Below, piece after piece: positions 37,464-51,100 of a DNA stretch of 64,000 nt (position 1 is the first letter of the stretch; every line of letters starts with the position of its first letter). This DNA comes from Hydrolagus affinis (taxonomy: Eukaryota): positions 1-64,000 of the forward strand of contig JAAILG010001100.1 of NCBI GenBank assembly GCA_012026655.1. The letters run 5' to 3'. The position numbers and the translations under genes are program-made. The notes beneath the pieces were generated by a model, which did no database searches, was not told the origin of the DNA, and saw nothing but the letters and a program-made list of their open reading frames with translations.

Positions 37464-37950
37464 CAACAACAACAACAATTTAAACTTATAAAGCGCCTTT
37501 CACGTCGGGAGGACGTCCCAAGGCGCTGCACAGGAGGCGCGTGACCCAAGCTGGGAGGGAAGTGTTCGGGAATGGGTGAAACACGTAGGGGAGGTCGAAA
37601 AATTCGGGGGGGAACAAAAGGCACGGTCGAAGAGGAAAGTCTTCAAACCAGCCTTGAAAGAGGAAAGGGAAGAAACAAGGCGGAGGGATTGGGGGATGGA
37701 ATTCCACAGGGTGGGAGTGGAGAAACTGACGGCCTGGCCTCCGATGGTGGGGCGGTTCGGGCAGGGGGCTTGGAGCAGGCCAAGTCCTGCTGAATGGAGG
37801 ATCCGGATGGACTTATAGGGGGAGAGTAAATCGGTTAAATAGGGCGGGGCAAGGCCGTGTAAGGCCTTGAAGGTGAGGACGAGGATCTTGAACTCGATCC
37901 TCTGGAGGATGGGGAGCCAGTGGAGACGGGCGAGGGTGGGACCTCGGTGA
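37464..37950 (-). mobile_element. Young L2-type LINE 3' end
   Basis: ORF2 C-terminus ([19 protein letters not shown]) plus 3'UTR and (TTG)n tail; near-identical to 39703-39868 (+) and 63035-63197 (-). Confidence 0.88.
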
Positions 37951-39602
37951 CCATACTTTCAGTCAACCTTTCCCTCCCCCTCCATCTTCCACACCCAGAC
38001 TCAAATGCCCAGCCAATACTGTTAAGTGCTTTGGGACATCCTCCTTTTGTGAAAGGAACTGTAGAACAACAACAATTTACATTCACATCGCACCTTTCAC
38101 ATCAGGACGACATCCCAAAGGCAGTGGACAGTGATTTGGACCTGATCTGGTGGGAGGTTTGGAGGGCACTGAGGTGGCCAAAAGCGTGGTCGAAGAGGAT
38201 GGTCTTGGGATGGGCTTTGAATGAGGCAAGGGAGGGAACAAGGCGAGAGGACTGGGTTTGGAGTTCCAAAGGGCAGGGGCAGATAATGTACATTTGTAAT
38301 TGCGTTGTACACTTATAAGAGACAGGCTAGCCGCAAGTATTCAGATAGTTTTATTTTAACAAAATCAAGTAGGTGGGCACTATACAGTACAATATTTAGC
38401 TTTTAAAAGTTGAAAACCTTTACACGATATAAAAGACAAATATTACGACACAAAGGAAAAATGGAACACTTACTTTTGAAAAGCTATCAATACTATCAGT
38501 GCTTTGGGAGGAGGGGAGGGCAGAGGAAAATAAACTACAGTGATCAAATAATACTGACGAGAAAATATTGCACTTTAAAACAAACATATATAGAGTGTAA
38601 TAACTGGTTTCTTTCGAACAGGCGTCCACTATCAAACTAACAAGCCTGCGGTCAGTTGTGGGGTGCGCGTTCGGGAATTGGGAGTGGGGTGGGAATTCGG
38701 GAATTGCCAAAAGAGTCATTCAATTGAGTTTTCGATCGTGTTAAAGCCACGATGAGAAATGGTCCAACTTGTCCTGTCCAAAGGGCACCATTGTAACGAC
38801 TGTCACCTAGTTTCAAGCCCAAGGAGAGAGGTACCGAAGCCATGGTCTGTCTGATTCCCGTTTCGGCTTCACCAAAAAGCTTAAGCCACCTCACCCCTCC
38901 CTGGTACTTTTACTAACCCTGGTTGAACTTACACTCTTAAGGTCGAGATGAGCTTCAGTATCCACCTGTAAATGAAGTGTTCATTTCCAAGTGGCCAACA
39001 CCACGACTGGCTGAACAAGCGCTTGTTTCCTGGTTTACCTATTGCAGAAAGAAGAGGGTCTGGGGGTAAATATCTATTGTTCTATTGATCTGAACCAGGT
39101 TGGTAGGGTGAAAAGGATGATTGGAAGAGAGAGGGTGAGGTCCTTTTGTCAGTTATGTTGAGTTAAGTACAGAAGAATTTGCCAGATAAAGCCCAAGGTA
39201 CATCCAGTTTGCCATTGACCATCTACCAGTCACATGCATATGTCATTTCCCAAACGAAATACTGTCGTATTAAATGTTATGGCCTCAACTGATACGAGTG
39301 AGCTATGTGAGTTTTACTGTACAGTATTTAGAAAGTTGACACGTGGACGTTTAATAATCTCCCTTGTGTAAGACACACGATCATAGCAGTAGGTTATGAT
39401 AGGGCCGACAGGCTCGAGGTAGCTTTACCCATATTAGAGCAGCACAACCAGCATAGGATGGGCATGAGTCCAACTTAGCTGGCGGCTGACGACAGTGTAA
39501 TACAAGCAGCTCGGAGAGGAAGAGAAATGGGATATCTCCCTGTCTCAAATTTGAGATCATTACCTGCCTTAAAATGTAAAATTGGACAGAATTATTTGGA
39601 AA

Positions 39603-39702
39603 NNNNNNNNNNNNNNNNNNNNNNNNNNNNNNNNNNNNNNNNNNNNNNNNNNNNNNNNNNNNNNNNNNNNNNNNNNNNNNNNNNNNNNNNNNNNNNNNNN
39701 NN
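39603..39702. other. Assembly gap (100 N)
   Basis: N run. Confidence 1.
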
Positions 39703-40101
39703 CCGTGCCTTTTGTTCCCCCCCGAACTTTTCGACCTCCCCTTCGTGTTTCACCCCTTCCCAAACACTCCCCTCCCAGCTCGGGTCACACGCCTCCTGTG
39801 CAGCGCCTTGGGACGTCCTCCCGACGTGAAAGGCGCTTTATAAGTTTAAATTGTTGTTGCTGTTGTTGGGGCGGGGGCTTGGCTGGGGGCTTGTGTGGTG
39901 GGGGGGAGGGGTGGCTAGAGGAGGGGGGAGTTGCTCCCAAATTAACAATCAATTGAAGGACAAAAAAATTCTGTGCCACCTGGGATGAAATTCCGTTCAG
40001 CATTAGGCACCTTTGTTTTTGTCTCTCATTGAAGGGATCTCCACCATTCTAATCACTAATCGCCAAACCGAGCAGAATTTTAGCCCAGTAGGTTTTACGG
40101 C

Positions 40102-40408
40102 CAGGGCCAATCAGAGGGGAGGCAAGGAGGGCCATTTGGCCGGGGCCTCAAACTCAAAGGGGGCCTCAAATTTAGACACTTGTTAATTTTTTTTGGCATT
40201 TGTTAAGTTTCGCGACTTGTTGCGAACATTTTTACAAGTTTTTATTAGATTTGTTTAAAAAATCAAAGTTTGAATTATAATTTCCTAATATTGTACTTAT
40301 GAAATATGGTGAGGCTGTGATTTGGAACTTAACCGTTATTTTTTTTATGGCCAGGGGCCGCAAAAGTTGGAAGTGGCCCGGGCCTCTCTGAACCTCTGAG
40401 AGGGCCTG
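40102..40408. mobile_element. hAT-superfamily MITE with 8-bp TSD
   Basis: TSD TTTACGGC at 40094-40101 and 40409-40416. TIRs CAGGGCCAATCAGAGG and revcomp CAGGCCCTCTCAGAGG match at 13/16. Confidence 0.85.
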
Positions 40409-40587
40409 TTTACGGCCCTGTTTGAGAAAGGTCTGCGGGCTGCATCCAGTGCAATAAAATCAACTGGTGGGACAGATGCAGTCCACAGGCTGCTTGTTTG
40501 GGCTGCTAATGCGTTGGGAAATTATCCTACATGCATACACGTACCAAGGTGCTAGGAAAGGCGCTATACAAGTGTAATTTGTCATTG

Positions 40588-41082
40588 TTGTGGAGAAGAT
40601 TTACCAGAATTATACCAGGAATGAGGGACTTTAGTTATGTAGAGAGACGAGAAGCTGGGATTGTTCTCCTTAAGATTAGGGGGAAATTAAGGGGAAATTT
40701 AATTGATGTGAGATTAAAAAATTATGAGTGGTTTTGATAAAGTGGATAGGGAGAAACTGTTTCCACTGGCAGGTGAGTCAGTTACCAGGACATATAGATT
40801 TAAGATAATTGTCAAAAGAACCAGAGGGGAGACGATGAAATAAATTTTTCTTTACACACAGAAAGTTGTTACTGTCTGGAATGCACTGTTTGAAAGGGTG
40901 GTGGAAACAGATTCAATAACAACTTTCAAAAGGGAACTGGATAGGTACTTAAAATGGAAACATTTGCAAGGGTATGGAGGAGCAGGGAAGTGGGACTGAT
41001 TAAGCAGCTCTTCCAAAGAGCTGGCACAGGTACAATGAGCTGTAATATTCTGTGCTGTAATATTCTATGATTTCTACGATTC
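40588..41082 (+). mobile_element. CR1-type LINE 3' fragment
   Basis: RRFTRIIPGMRDFSYVER...WNAL and ATTCTATGATT tail. Confidence 0.85.
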
Positions 41083-41871
41083 TATATATACACACGCGCA
41101 CACACTCACTCGTATTTTTTTCCTTCTCTGTTTGCATTCTACATATCTTCCAACAAAATCTGTGATGGGGGTAGAAGGAGAGTGGCTTGGGTGAAAGGGG
41201 TTGAGCTTAGTAAACAGTTGAAAGCTATGACAAAGCAATAACTCAAGGATGTGGTTTGTCCATCGCTGGCAGTTTGGGGGTTAAAATCGAACATTTATGA
41301 GGTTAAAAGGTCTTGGTCGTTTGTTGGGGGGGAGTGGGTGGGTGGTGCGATGGAATTCAATTGGAAATGATCCATTTGCGGACTGACAGTAAAAGGTTGG
41401 GTTTAAACGACACTGTTCCAAGTGTTAATTACTTTTTACAACTCCCGTTTCAGCACGTGAGAAGCTGCTGTAAAACAAACTAACACAGGAATGGCCTCAT
41501 TCGGGACCTGTCGAACACCTGAGCGACCGGCTCCACACTCGTTGCTTCCGGTCACCCCCGGTCCTGGTTTGGTGTCAGGCTCCGCCACTGTTAAGCGCTA
41601 CGAATCGTTGCCCTATGTGAGGGGCGCTGTATAAATGCAAGTTGTTGTTGTTGGTGCGAACGTGCCCTGTCTCAGGCGTAAAACATCCCCATTTTCTCCG
41701 CACACCAGCGAACAGATTCCTTCGGAAACACCTGTGAAGTTGCTATCACTCAATTCGTCCATGAGGGTTTTGTCTGAATGATATGTCAACAGTGTTCCAG
41801 GCCTCCCCATCCACCTCATCCCACCCTCCCTCTCCCCACATCCCAATCCCAGAGCAAAGGACGGTCCCCGT

Positions 41872-42109
41872 TCACACAGGTGCGCGGTTCTTGTGTCGGG
41901 TTCCTGAGTAAGCCCACAGGTACTGCTGCACGGCCGAGCACGTGCTCTTGCCATTTGGCGGGTCATCACAGGGATAACGGAGAGACGTGAAGATGCTGAT
42001 CACAACTGCCAAGAGGATCACTGCCACCGCCAGAATCCACACCACGTTCCGATGCTTCAAGCATTTCGGGCACAGTCTGTCGACCAGGTCCGAGACTTCT
42101 TCCAACTTG
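41872..42109 (-). CDS. IRAG1: IRAG1 terminal exon, TM plus luminal tail
   Basis: [78 protein letters not shown]. Confidence 0.94.
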
Positions 42110-45100
42110 CTACGAGAGAGAAAGAGTGAGGGCAAAAGTTCTGTTATTCACATTCTGGCCATGAGATATAGGCACCCTTTTCCCACAATGATTGAGTTTG
42201 GTAGGGGTGGTGGTGTGTGTGTGGGGGGGGTGGGGGCGTGGAGGGGGAAGAGGCCCTTTCGCAATAGACATAGAAATATAATGTTCCTTAATGGAATTCC
42301 GCAATAAGGAATTCCATTCCGATACTCAATCCACCTCCCCCATAGAAGATTGCGTCCCTTCCTCACTTTTGAACACCCATCCTCCCTCCTCCCCACCACT
42401 CACCCCTTTTTTATATTGAATTCTTCGCCTTGCAACATCGTAATGAAAAAATTTATACAATGAAGTTACAGTTAGACTTCAGCCAGATTTGATTTTTTAC
42501 ACAAGAAGTGAAAGCACTATAATTGTCCACCAGGCTATGACTTCAGCCAGTGTCACTGAGCCACCATCAAGAAAAAAATGAATTATCTCATTCCACACGT
42601 CTCATGTTATTACACAAGAAAGTCCCCAAATTATAGACAAGTGTAACCAATGCCTCTGGTTTCCTTCAGAAAGGGATGAAAGCAGAAGTTCAACAGTCAT
42701 TTGCAAACCAACTGCAAATCTGCTTCCGTTGTTTGTGAGACGTTGCTGGGGGCAAACTGGTTGTGAAACAAAACACACAATCATTGCCATCTATGGTGCA
42801 TTATCCTATGGGATATCCTCCTGACTCAATACCAGCGTAAAAAATATTATTATTTAAGGTTATTATCACAAGTTGAGAATCTAGAATTTATATTATTTCT
42901 CCTCCAGCCTCCGCACAGTCACATGCAGCGTTCCCCAGGGCTCTGTCCTTGGCCTCCTGCTCTTCACCCTCTACACTCTCCCGCTGGGCGACATCATCCA
43001 TAGACATGGGGTAAATTTCTACATGTATGCGGATGACACCCAACTCTACCTATCCGCGTCAACCCTCGATTCCAGGGTTGACGCGGACTGCATGTCTGTC
43101 CGACATCGAGTCCTGGACGAGGGCAAATTTCCTGCAACTCAACGTGAACAAGACGGAAGCCCTCCTGATTGGCTCACGTCAGCGCCTCTGCACCTCAGGC
43201 ACTGACAACATCAGCGTTCAAGGCTCCTCCCTTTCCTGCTTCAAGGCTACTCAAAGCCAATCAGGAATCTGGGCGTCTTGTTCAACCCCGAGCTATCCTT
43301 CCTCCCCCACATCCGCTCCATGACGGGCACAGCCTTCCATCACCTCTGCAATATTGCCAGACTCTGCCACTACCTTACCCCCCCATGCCGCCAAAATTTT
43401 GTTGTTGTTGATGACTGCTTTATGATCGTATACCAGTTCAGAATGAGTTGTCCCCAGCTAAAGGTTTCTCAGGCAAGAGCTGAGATTCTGAATAAGAAAC
43501 TAAAATATCTGGCACAATTTGAAAGATTTTTAAAAAATCCAAACTCTATACTCAAATAAGATAATTAAATATTACAGTATTTGTTTTTGAACCACAGTCT
43601 TTGAAACTTCTCAAAAAGCTTCTCAGAAATTCACTGGAAAGTGAGTGGCTGGGCAATTTGTAGGTGAAACCTGGCTCCCAGTTTTCATATAGCAATATCC
43701 CCCAAATAGCTCTGTTACCAGTTAGAATGCAAAGTCCCACAGGGCAACAACTTGGTATTTTTTTTAGATTGTAGCTGCCAATTGTAGTCTCTTTGAATTA
43801 AAATATGGTGTGAATTTAAATGGAAATCTCTCACCTTCTGAAACCTGTTCTATGAATTCTGAGAGGCAAAGGATCTGTGCAAAATCAGCTCACAATCTGC
43901 AGCTGGAGATGATTATAGATACGATTTCCTTTCAAAACACATTGTGTGTGTCGAGCAAAACACTTTGCGCACTGGACATTCAACAATCAGCAATGGTTTG
44001 CAGAGCTAATTGTTAATACTGAGGTCTTGCCAAGAGCACTAACAACAAATTACATTTATACAGAGCCTTTCACATTGGGAGCAAGTTCCAAGGCTCTGGA
44101 CGGTCAGGCATTTGGTCCCGTGCAGGGAACTAGGATCAGGAGGGGTGGAGGGTGGCTGAAGGCTTGATCAGAGGGTCTTGTGACATGTGTTGAAAGAAAC
44201 AAGGGGTGAGGGAGTGAGGTAAAGGGACTGTGAGATGGAGTTCCGGAGAGTGGGGGCTGAAGGCTCACTGCCAATGGTGGGGTGGGCAGGACGGCTGGAG
44301 CCTGCTCAGCGGAGGGAACAGGTTGATATGGTATTAACAGGTCATAGAGGTAGGAAGGAGCAAGGATGTGGAGGGCTTTGAATGTGAGGACGAGGTAAGT
44401 TGGAAAGATTGAGGGAGAATGGACTGCACTGAATGGCACATGCCCTGAGCTCAGGGTAACTAACAGGTTAAGGAAGGACCCACCTGCTCTTTCTTTCCTC
44501 TTTGAGGCTGGGATCTGGGATCTCGTCCACACTCGCTTCCTCACCCTTCCCCTCCTCATCCTCCTCTTCCTCTGGCAACTCTTTCAGCTCCTTCTTCAGC
44601 TGGGCCTTCAAGCCTTCTTGGTAACTTTGAAACAATTTTAAAAAAACAAATTCAGTTTTGCCAGCAATCGAACGGTTTGTTCTGAGTGGATGAAGGCCTC
44701 AGGGCTGTTTGCCTTGTGCTTGTTTGTCCCTTGTGTCCTTCATTCCACCATCAGCAGACATGCTTTCATGCTTTAATCTCCGAACCAAGTTGGTTTTTAA
44801 GTGTTGAACTAAGAGTGTAAGTGTCAATGGATTCTAACCCCTTCCCAGCCATTTAGCAGCACAAAGTTAGCTTGAGAGAAGATTTCACCCTCATTATATG
44901 TCCAATGATAACAGGTGAAAGCACCAAAAGGCCACCCATTCCCTGCTCCCCTTCATAATGATGTTATACAACAACAACAACTTTGATTTACATAGCACCC
45001 TCCACCCCGGACGGCGTCTCAGAGCGCTTATAATGTCACTAAGGCAACAGGGAAGGAAATTTCTCTCCAATATCCTGTGGATCACCCCCCCACCCATATA

Positions 45101-48100
45101 AAATTGGACATTCACTTCATTTCTGTTTGTGGGGACATTGCTGTGTTCGCGAATTGTCTGCCGCGTTGGTCTATGAAATAAATAGTCACTATGCTTCGCA
45201 GGAATTCCGTCAAGCGCTCTGATGGGTGTGGAATACCAAGAGGTTTTGTTGTAAACATGTGAGGGAAAAGAGTCAGGCATTTACAGGAATGAGGATGAGC
45301 TATCACACGGTATCTTCAGGAAAGGAGCCTCAGTGAGATAACGGAGCATGTAACAGGACATCGAAAAATCTGATCAGATCCAAATAATACTTTCTCCAGC
45401 ACCCCCCCACCCTCAGCCCCCCTCCCTACCCACCATCCCCCACCTCCTCCGAGCAACTGATTATGCTTTAAGCATCTTCTTTTTTACTGTCAGAAGGTAC
45501 ACAAGCTAAAAAAAAAAGCAGGGAAAGATTCCAATTTTATTCTTGTGTTACGAAATAATAATCCTTGCCATTGATACAGCTCCTTTCACATCAAGAGGAC
45601 ATCTCAAAGCGTTTGACAGGATCTTCCTTAAAGTGTAACTGGCTGTTTCGCAGGCGAATGATGCAGCCAACTTGCATGCAGCAACGTCCCCAATTGTTTT
45701 TATACAGCGCTTTTTATGTTGGGAGGATAGCCAAGGGTTTGCAGCTGAGCTGGGGTGAAAAAGTGTGAAACAGTTACAAAATTAGTTTCAAAGATTTTTT
45801 CCCACACGTTCAGCATCGCTTAACCACGGCTTCAACTGTTCTGAGACAGTGATGTCCTATGACACCTCTGGCCAAGGCTGCTCAACCAGCTTTGTTAATA
45901 ATCTTTGCATTTGATATAGTGGTTTTCACATCAGCTAGATGTCTCAAAGCGCCTCACAGAACATTCTGTAAAGTGAATTGACTGTATATTTGTGGGCGAA
46001 ACGTGGCTGCCAATTGCGGACAGCAGGGTCCCACCAACAGTCGTGGATTGAGTGACGAATTTATTACTGTTTTTTTTTAGGGATTATTATTAGGCTTGTG
46101 GAGTAAGGAAACTTGCCCAAGGTTTCACCCTGCCAGGAATTGAAACCAGGTTTCTCACTTGTAAGGCGAGTGCTCTAACTGGATGAGACATCTGCCTGTT
46201 CAAGTGGACGTTAGAGATCCTTTAAAATAACAATGGAAGTTTCTCTCTCTCAGTCCTGGCTAACAATCTCCCGTATAAAATCGATCACTCACTCCATGGC
46301 TGTTTGTGGGACATTGCTATGTTGCAAACTGGTTGCCGCGATCTTGCGGACACTTTAAACTCTCGCAACATTACAAAGATCAGCGTTGTCAGCTTGTTAG
46401 CGCAGTTTAATAAGAAGCCCATTGTGAGCACAGGGTTTGCTGTGATACTACGTGAGCAAGTTGAGGTCAGAGCCCAGTGATGACAGGCGAAAGCATCAAA
46501 AGTACCTGGTCACAAAATGTCAAGTGAGAGTAGTTTACATTGCACGCGTGTGTGCGTGTATGTGTGTGCTTGGAGGCTTGGATGAGTATCCATTCTATAT
46601 TAGGGACATCCTTCAATTCCTTGCAGTGATCCTTTTTCCTGTGTCCGTCTCACCCTTTATTGTAGGCTTCCTCTTCAATCTTGGCCTTTGTCTCGGACTT
46701 GCTTATCTCATCCAGCTTGGCTTGTCCTTCAGCAGGCGCGTTGCTGCCGCTGGTTCCCACTCCGTTCTGCTTCCCACTTTCAAGTTTGCGGGGGGAAAAA
46801 AGATTCCAGAGAAGTTACAAATAGCGTGCTCGCCTCGCAAGAGAGAGAACCTGGGTTCATTTCCCAGGCAGGGTGGAATCCTGGGCAAGTTTCCTTACTC
46901 CGTACACCTCTGTTTACCCAGCAGCAAGTAGAAACCCGGATGTTATTCGATTAGCGGATTACTAAATTTGATGATTTGCCTTATTCCGGATGCTCTTGAA
47001 ACTCCACATTAAACAGAGTAAATAAACACCAGTTGAAATGTATAATAATAATAGTAATGATCCTTGCATTTAATATAACTCCTTATCATGTCTTCAAAAT
47101 GCTTCAAATTACTTCACAGAATATACTGTAAAGTGAACTGACTGTATATTTGTGGGTGAAAAGCGGCAGCCAATTGCACATAGCAGTGTCCCACAAACAG
47201 CCATAGGATTACCAAATAGGGGGATTACCAGTGTTTGTTTTTGAGATGATCTTAATAATCACAGTGTCTTAGTACTGAATATTTCCTTAAATAAGGCTTA
47301 ATTTTTGAAGTGCTGGAAAGTGTCTTTTTGGAGTGGGGAAGTGGGGCAGTTTAGTTTGTACAATACAGTAATATAATAGTAGAGTAATAATAATAATTTT
47401 TGCATCTATTACAGTGACTTTTACATGAGTAGGATGTACTTCACAGGATGTACTGTGAAGCGCAGTGACTGCGTGTTGGGCGAATGGAAAACAAAAGACC
47501 ATCAATAAACTTTGAAAATGTTTATGTGATGGGGTGTCTTACTTCTCCACGTGAGGGGTGAGTGGGGGGCCGCACTGCACCCCCATCCGGCTGATGGGGC
47601 TGCTGGGATTGCTGGGGCTGCTGGGGTTGCTGGGACCAGTGCTGCTGGGGCTGCTGGTGGTTGTGCTGGCGGCTGGTGGGTTAGTTGACTCTGGCTAGAA
47701 GCAAAAACACAATGAGCCGATCAGGAGAAAATCACACACAAATACACACACATACCCCCACACACAAACATACACACACACATACACAGATTGGCTGGGG
47801 CAGAGGGCAGCAGAGCTCACACACGCCATATGGCTGTCTCCTGAGGTTGTCTGACTCCTGAGGTCCACAGTGATAGTAATAATCCTTGCATTTGATATAG
47901 CGCTTTTCACATCTTCTAAACGTCTGAAAGCGCTTCACAGAATATACTGTAAAGTGAAGTGATTGTATATTTGAGGGTGAAACGCGGCAGCCAATTGTGA
48001 ACAGTAGTGTCCCACAAACAGTTGTGGATTGAAATGACCCAGTTATTATTGGGGGGGTTGGGGAGAGAGAAGGTTTCCTTCCCACTCGACTCCCATCAAC

Positions 48101-51100
48101 CCTGCAAGCCAAAGCCCTAATGGTGCAGACTGGTCCTAGCTGGACAAGGAGAACAGAAAGCTTAGCTTGCCAGGGCAGTGCTCTCAATAGCAAGCTGTGC
48201 AGTTTCAGCTGGTACTCCAGCAGTTACCCCAAACCACTCTCCCAAGCCTTCGCTCTTGCCCACCTGCACTGGATTATGCTCTGGACTTATAGTGGCAGCC
48301 TCCGGGGAGAGATCTTTAATCTTTTTGCTTCCGCCCAACTCCCAACATCAGTTTCCTCATCTCCGCTCCTAAACAGTTTGACTCTCACTGCTCCCCTGTA
48401 GCCATTCGCCCATAGGGACCAATCTTCATCAGGCAGCCCAGAGGGGATGGGGTGGTGGGGTGGTGGGGGGGAAACCTGACCTACCATGGTTAGTGTGGCC
48501 AGGGGACCTGAAGTGCTGGGAGGATGACCGGGGAAATTGATGAACTTTGGGACCACAGCTACGCTGACCCTTCGTCGAGGCACCGTCTGTCAGGGAGATA
48601 ACACAGTGTGAACATCCACAGGACACACAATAAACACAACAACCAATTAACAAGTTACATTTGTATAGCTCCCCTCATGTTAGAAAGACTTCCCAAAGCA
48701 CTGAATAATCAGGGCCTTGGACCCAAGTTGGGGTCAGAAGGAGAGGAGGCTGTGAGGTGTGGGAGGGTGGCCAAAGAGGGGACTTGAAAGAAGCAAAAGA
48801 AGGGGTGAGACAGATAGAGATCCAAAGTGTGGGGGCAGAAATGCTGAATGCCCAACCTCCAATGGCGGGACGGGAAGTGCCGGGGACTTAGTGTCTGCCG
48901 AGCTGAGGGTAGACAGGCCAATATGGGGTTATAAGGTCGGTGAGCAAGACCATGGAGGGCCTTGAATGTACGAACAAGGGTTTTGCACTCGATTCTCTGA
49001 GTGATGTGGAGCCAGGGGAGCCGGGCAAGAACAGGGATGATAGATTCCCAGAACCTGATGTGGGAGAGGACAAGAGCTGCAGAGTTGTTAATAATCTGCA
49101 TCTTGTGGACAAATAAATAGCACAAGGAACACAATTAACACAGACGATAATCAACACACAGCATACACCACAAACACACAGCAAACACCAGAAACAAATA
49201 GTGTTTGCTGAAGCTGAATCGATCTCTCTAACTGAACACAGCTAAAACCTGCTCTTACCTTTCCCAGAGTCAGAGACATGGATCGGGCTGTCCTCGGGAT
49301 GCCGTCATCTGAGAAAAAATTGGGAGAGTCAATCGCATCTCTCTCAAGTAATGAAACTGGTGTTAACAGTAGCTGTGCCTTTGTAACCTCTTGATCTCAC
49401 TCCCTCGATCCCATGCGTCTTACTCCCTCTCCCCTCTTCTATCTAATAATGTGTGTTGTCTCTGTGTGTGTGTGTTGCTTGTATGCGTGTGTGTTGTTTG
49501 TATGTGTGTGTGTTGTTTGTGTGTGTGCGCGTGTGTGTGTGTTCAAGTGCAATGGGGCTGTATGACTGTGACAAACTCCTGGCACATCATGTATAAAAGC
49601 CAACAAGAAGGCATGACCACACTTGAGAATCACCAACATGGCTCAGCAATCAGATTCTGTGTGAACTATCACAATAGCGACAACATTGTATTGATACAGC
49701 GCCTTCCCCCTGGGCTAGTGCCCTGGAGAGCTTGAGCCACGGTGCTTTGGGGAATTACATAACATTGTTGGCCCACATCTGGACACAGTGCTGCTTTTGC
49801 ATTCAATTTGAAATCAGCTATTAAATTTGGAATCATCTCTCTCCCCCTCTCTCACTGCTCTCCCCCACCTGCCCCACCACACAGCCCCTCTAACCATCCC
49901 CCAACCACCCTCGCAAATGGTAAAGTGAGCCAGAGGGGGCACGGACCCTACCGCCGTTCTCTCCATACGAGCCATAGGTGCGGTTTGAGTTCTGATTGGC
50001 CAGTTTTTTATACTCGGTTAGCTCTGCGTGATCTTTCTCGTACGTCCTCTTGAGGTTCTCCACGTACTGCATCATCACCTCCGTGGCCTTGGACATGCGC
50101 TTTTCCTGCAAAAGGAAACCATAATCCCCACAGTAACAATCTTGGTGCCTGCTGCAGTGTCTCTCGCGTCGCTGGGAGGACATCCCGAAGCGTGAGGCGG
50201 AACGTTCCCGTAAAGCAGAACGACTGTGTTTTGTGGGTGAACCCGGCAGCCAATTGAGATGCAGCGAAGTCCCACAAACAGCTACAGACCAAAAATTATC
50301 GATTTTATTTAGAGGACTGTTGTCCAGGGGAGATCAGGAGAGAGAGAAAAACATGGTTCTGCTTTCGATTTGAGCTGTGGGATCATTAACCATTGACCCG
50401 AATGTGTGGACGGGTCCTCGGTTGAACACCTCACTCGAAGGACAGCACCTCCGACAATGCAGCGTTCCCCCAGTACCCAACAACTAGACCGAAAGTAAGG
50501 CTTGAATGCACGACTATCTGTCCCAGAGGTAGGAGGGCTAGTAACTGAGTCAGGCTGACTAGTGGATCATCAAATGAGCTTCGCAAGCTGGACACCGCTG
50601 ACCTCGATCCTCAACAAGTAAAACCTCAGCGCGGAATGGTTCTCACCTGACGCACGGCTCCGACCATTTCAGCTCGGCTCGAGAGCCTCTCAGCCAAACG
50701 GTGCAGCACAGAGATGGTCTCCAGCAGCCGCTGGTAAGCGTCCCGGTGATCAGGCCGTTGCCAGAGAGTGGTGGAAGACTGGAATATACATAAATAAAAA
50801 AGAGAAAAAAGGGAATTTAACAATACTAATAGAAATAATAATGTTAGTGAGAGCAGCGGCAGGGGGGGTGGTGGGGGAATGAGGGATAAGGGGACATGTG
50901 TCTGACATGTGTGTAAACTCGTCACTGTGCTTAAGAGTATCCAAACTAAACTGAGAATGCCATGTATCCTACCTACGCAGGGAAATCCCAGAGATAGATT
51001 GCTGGAATCTAGAAATCCTTGCATTTGATACAAGGAAACCAACATCTGAGAATAAAACAAGGGAAGTCAATCATCTTTCTCAGGTAAAAGGAACTGGTGT

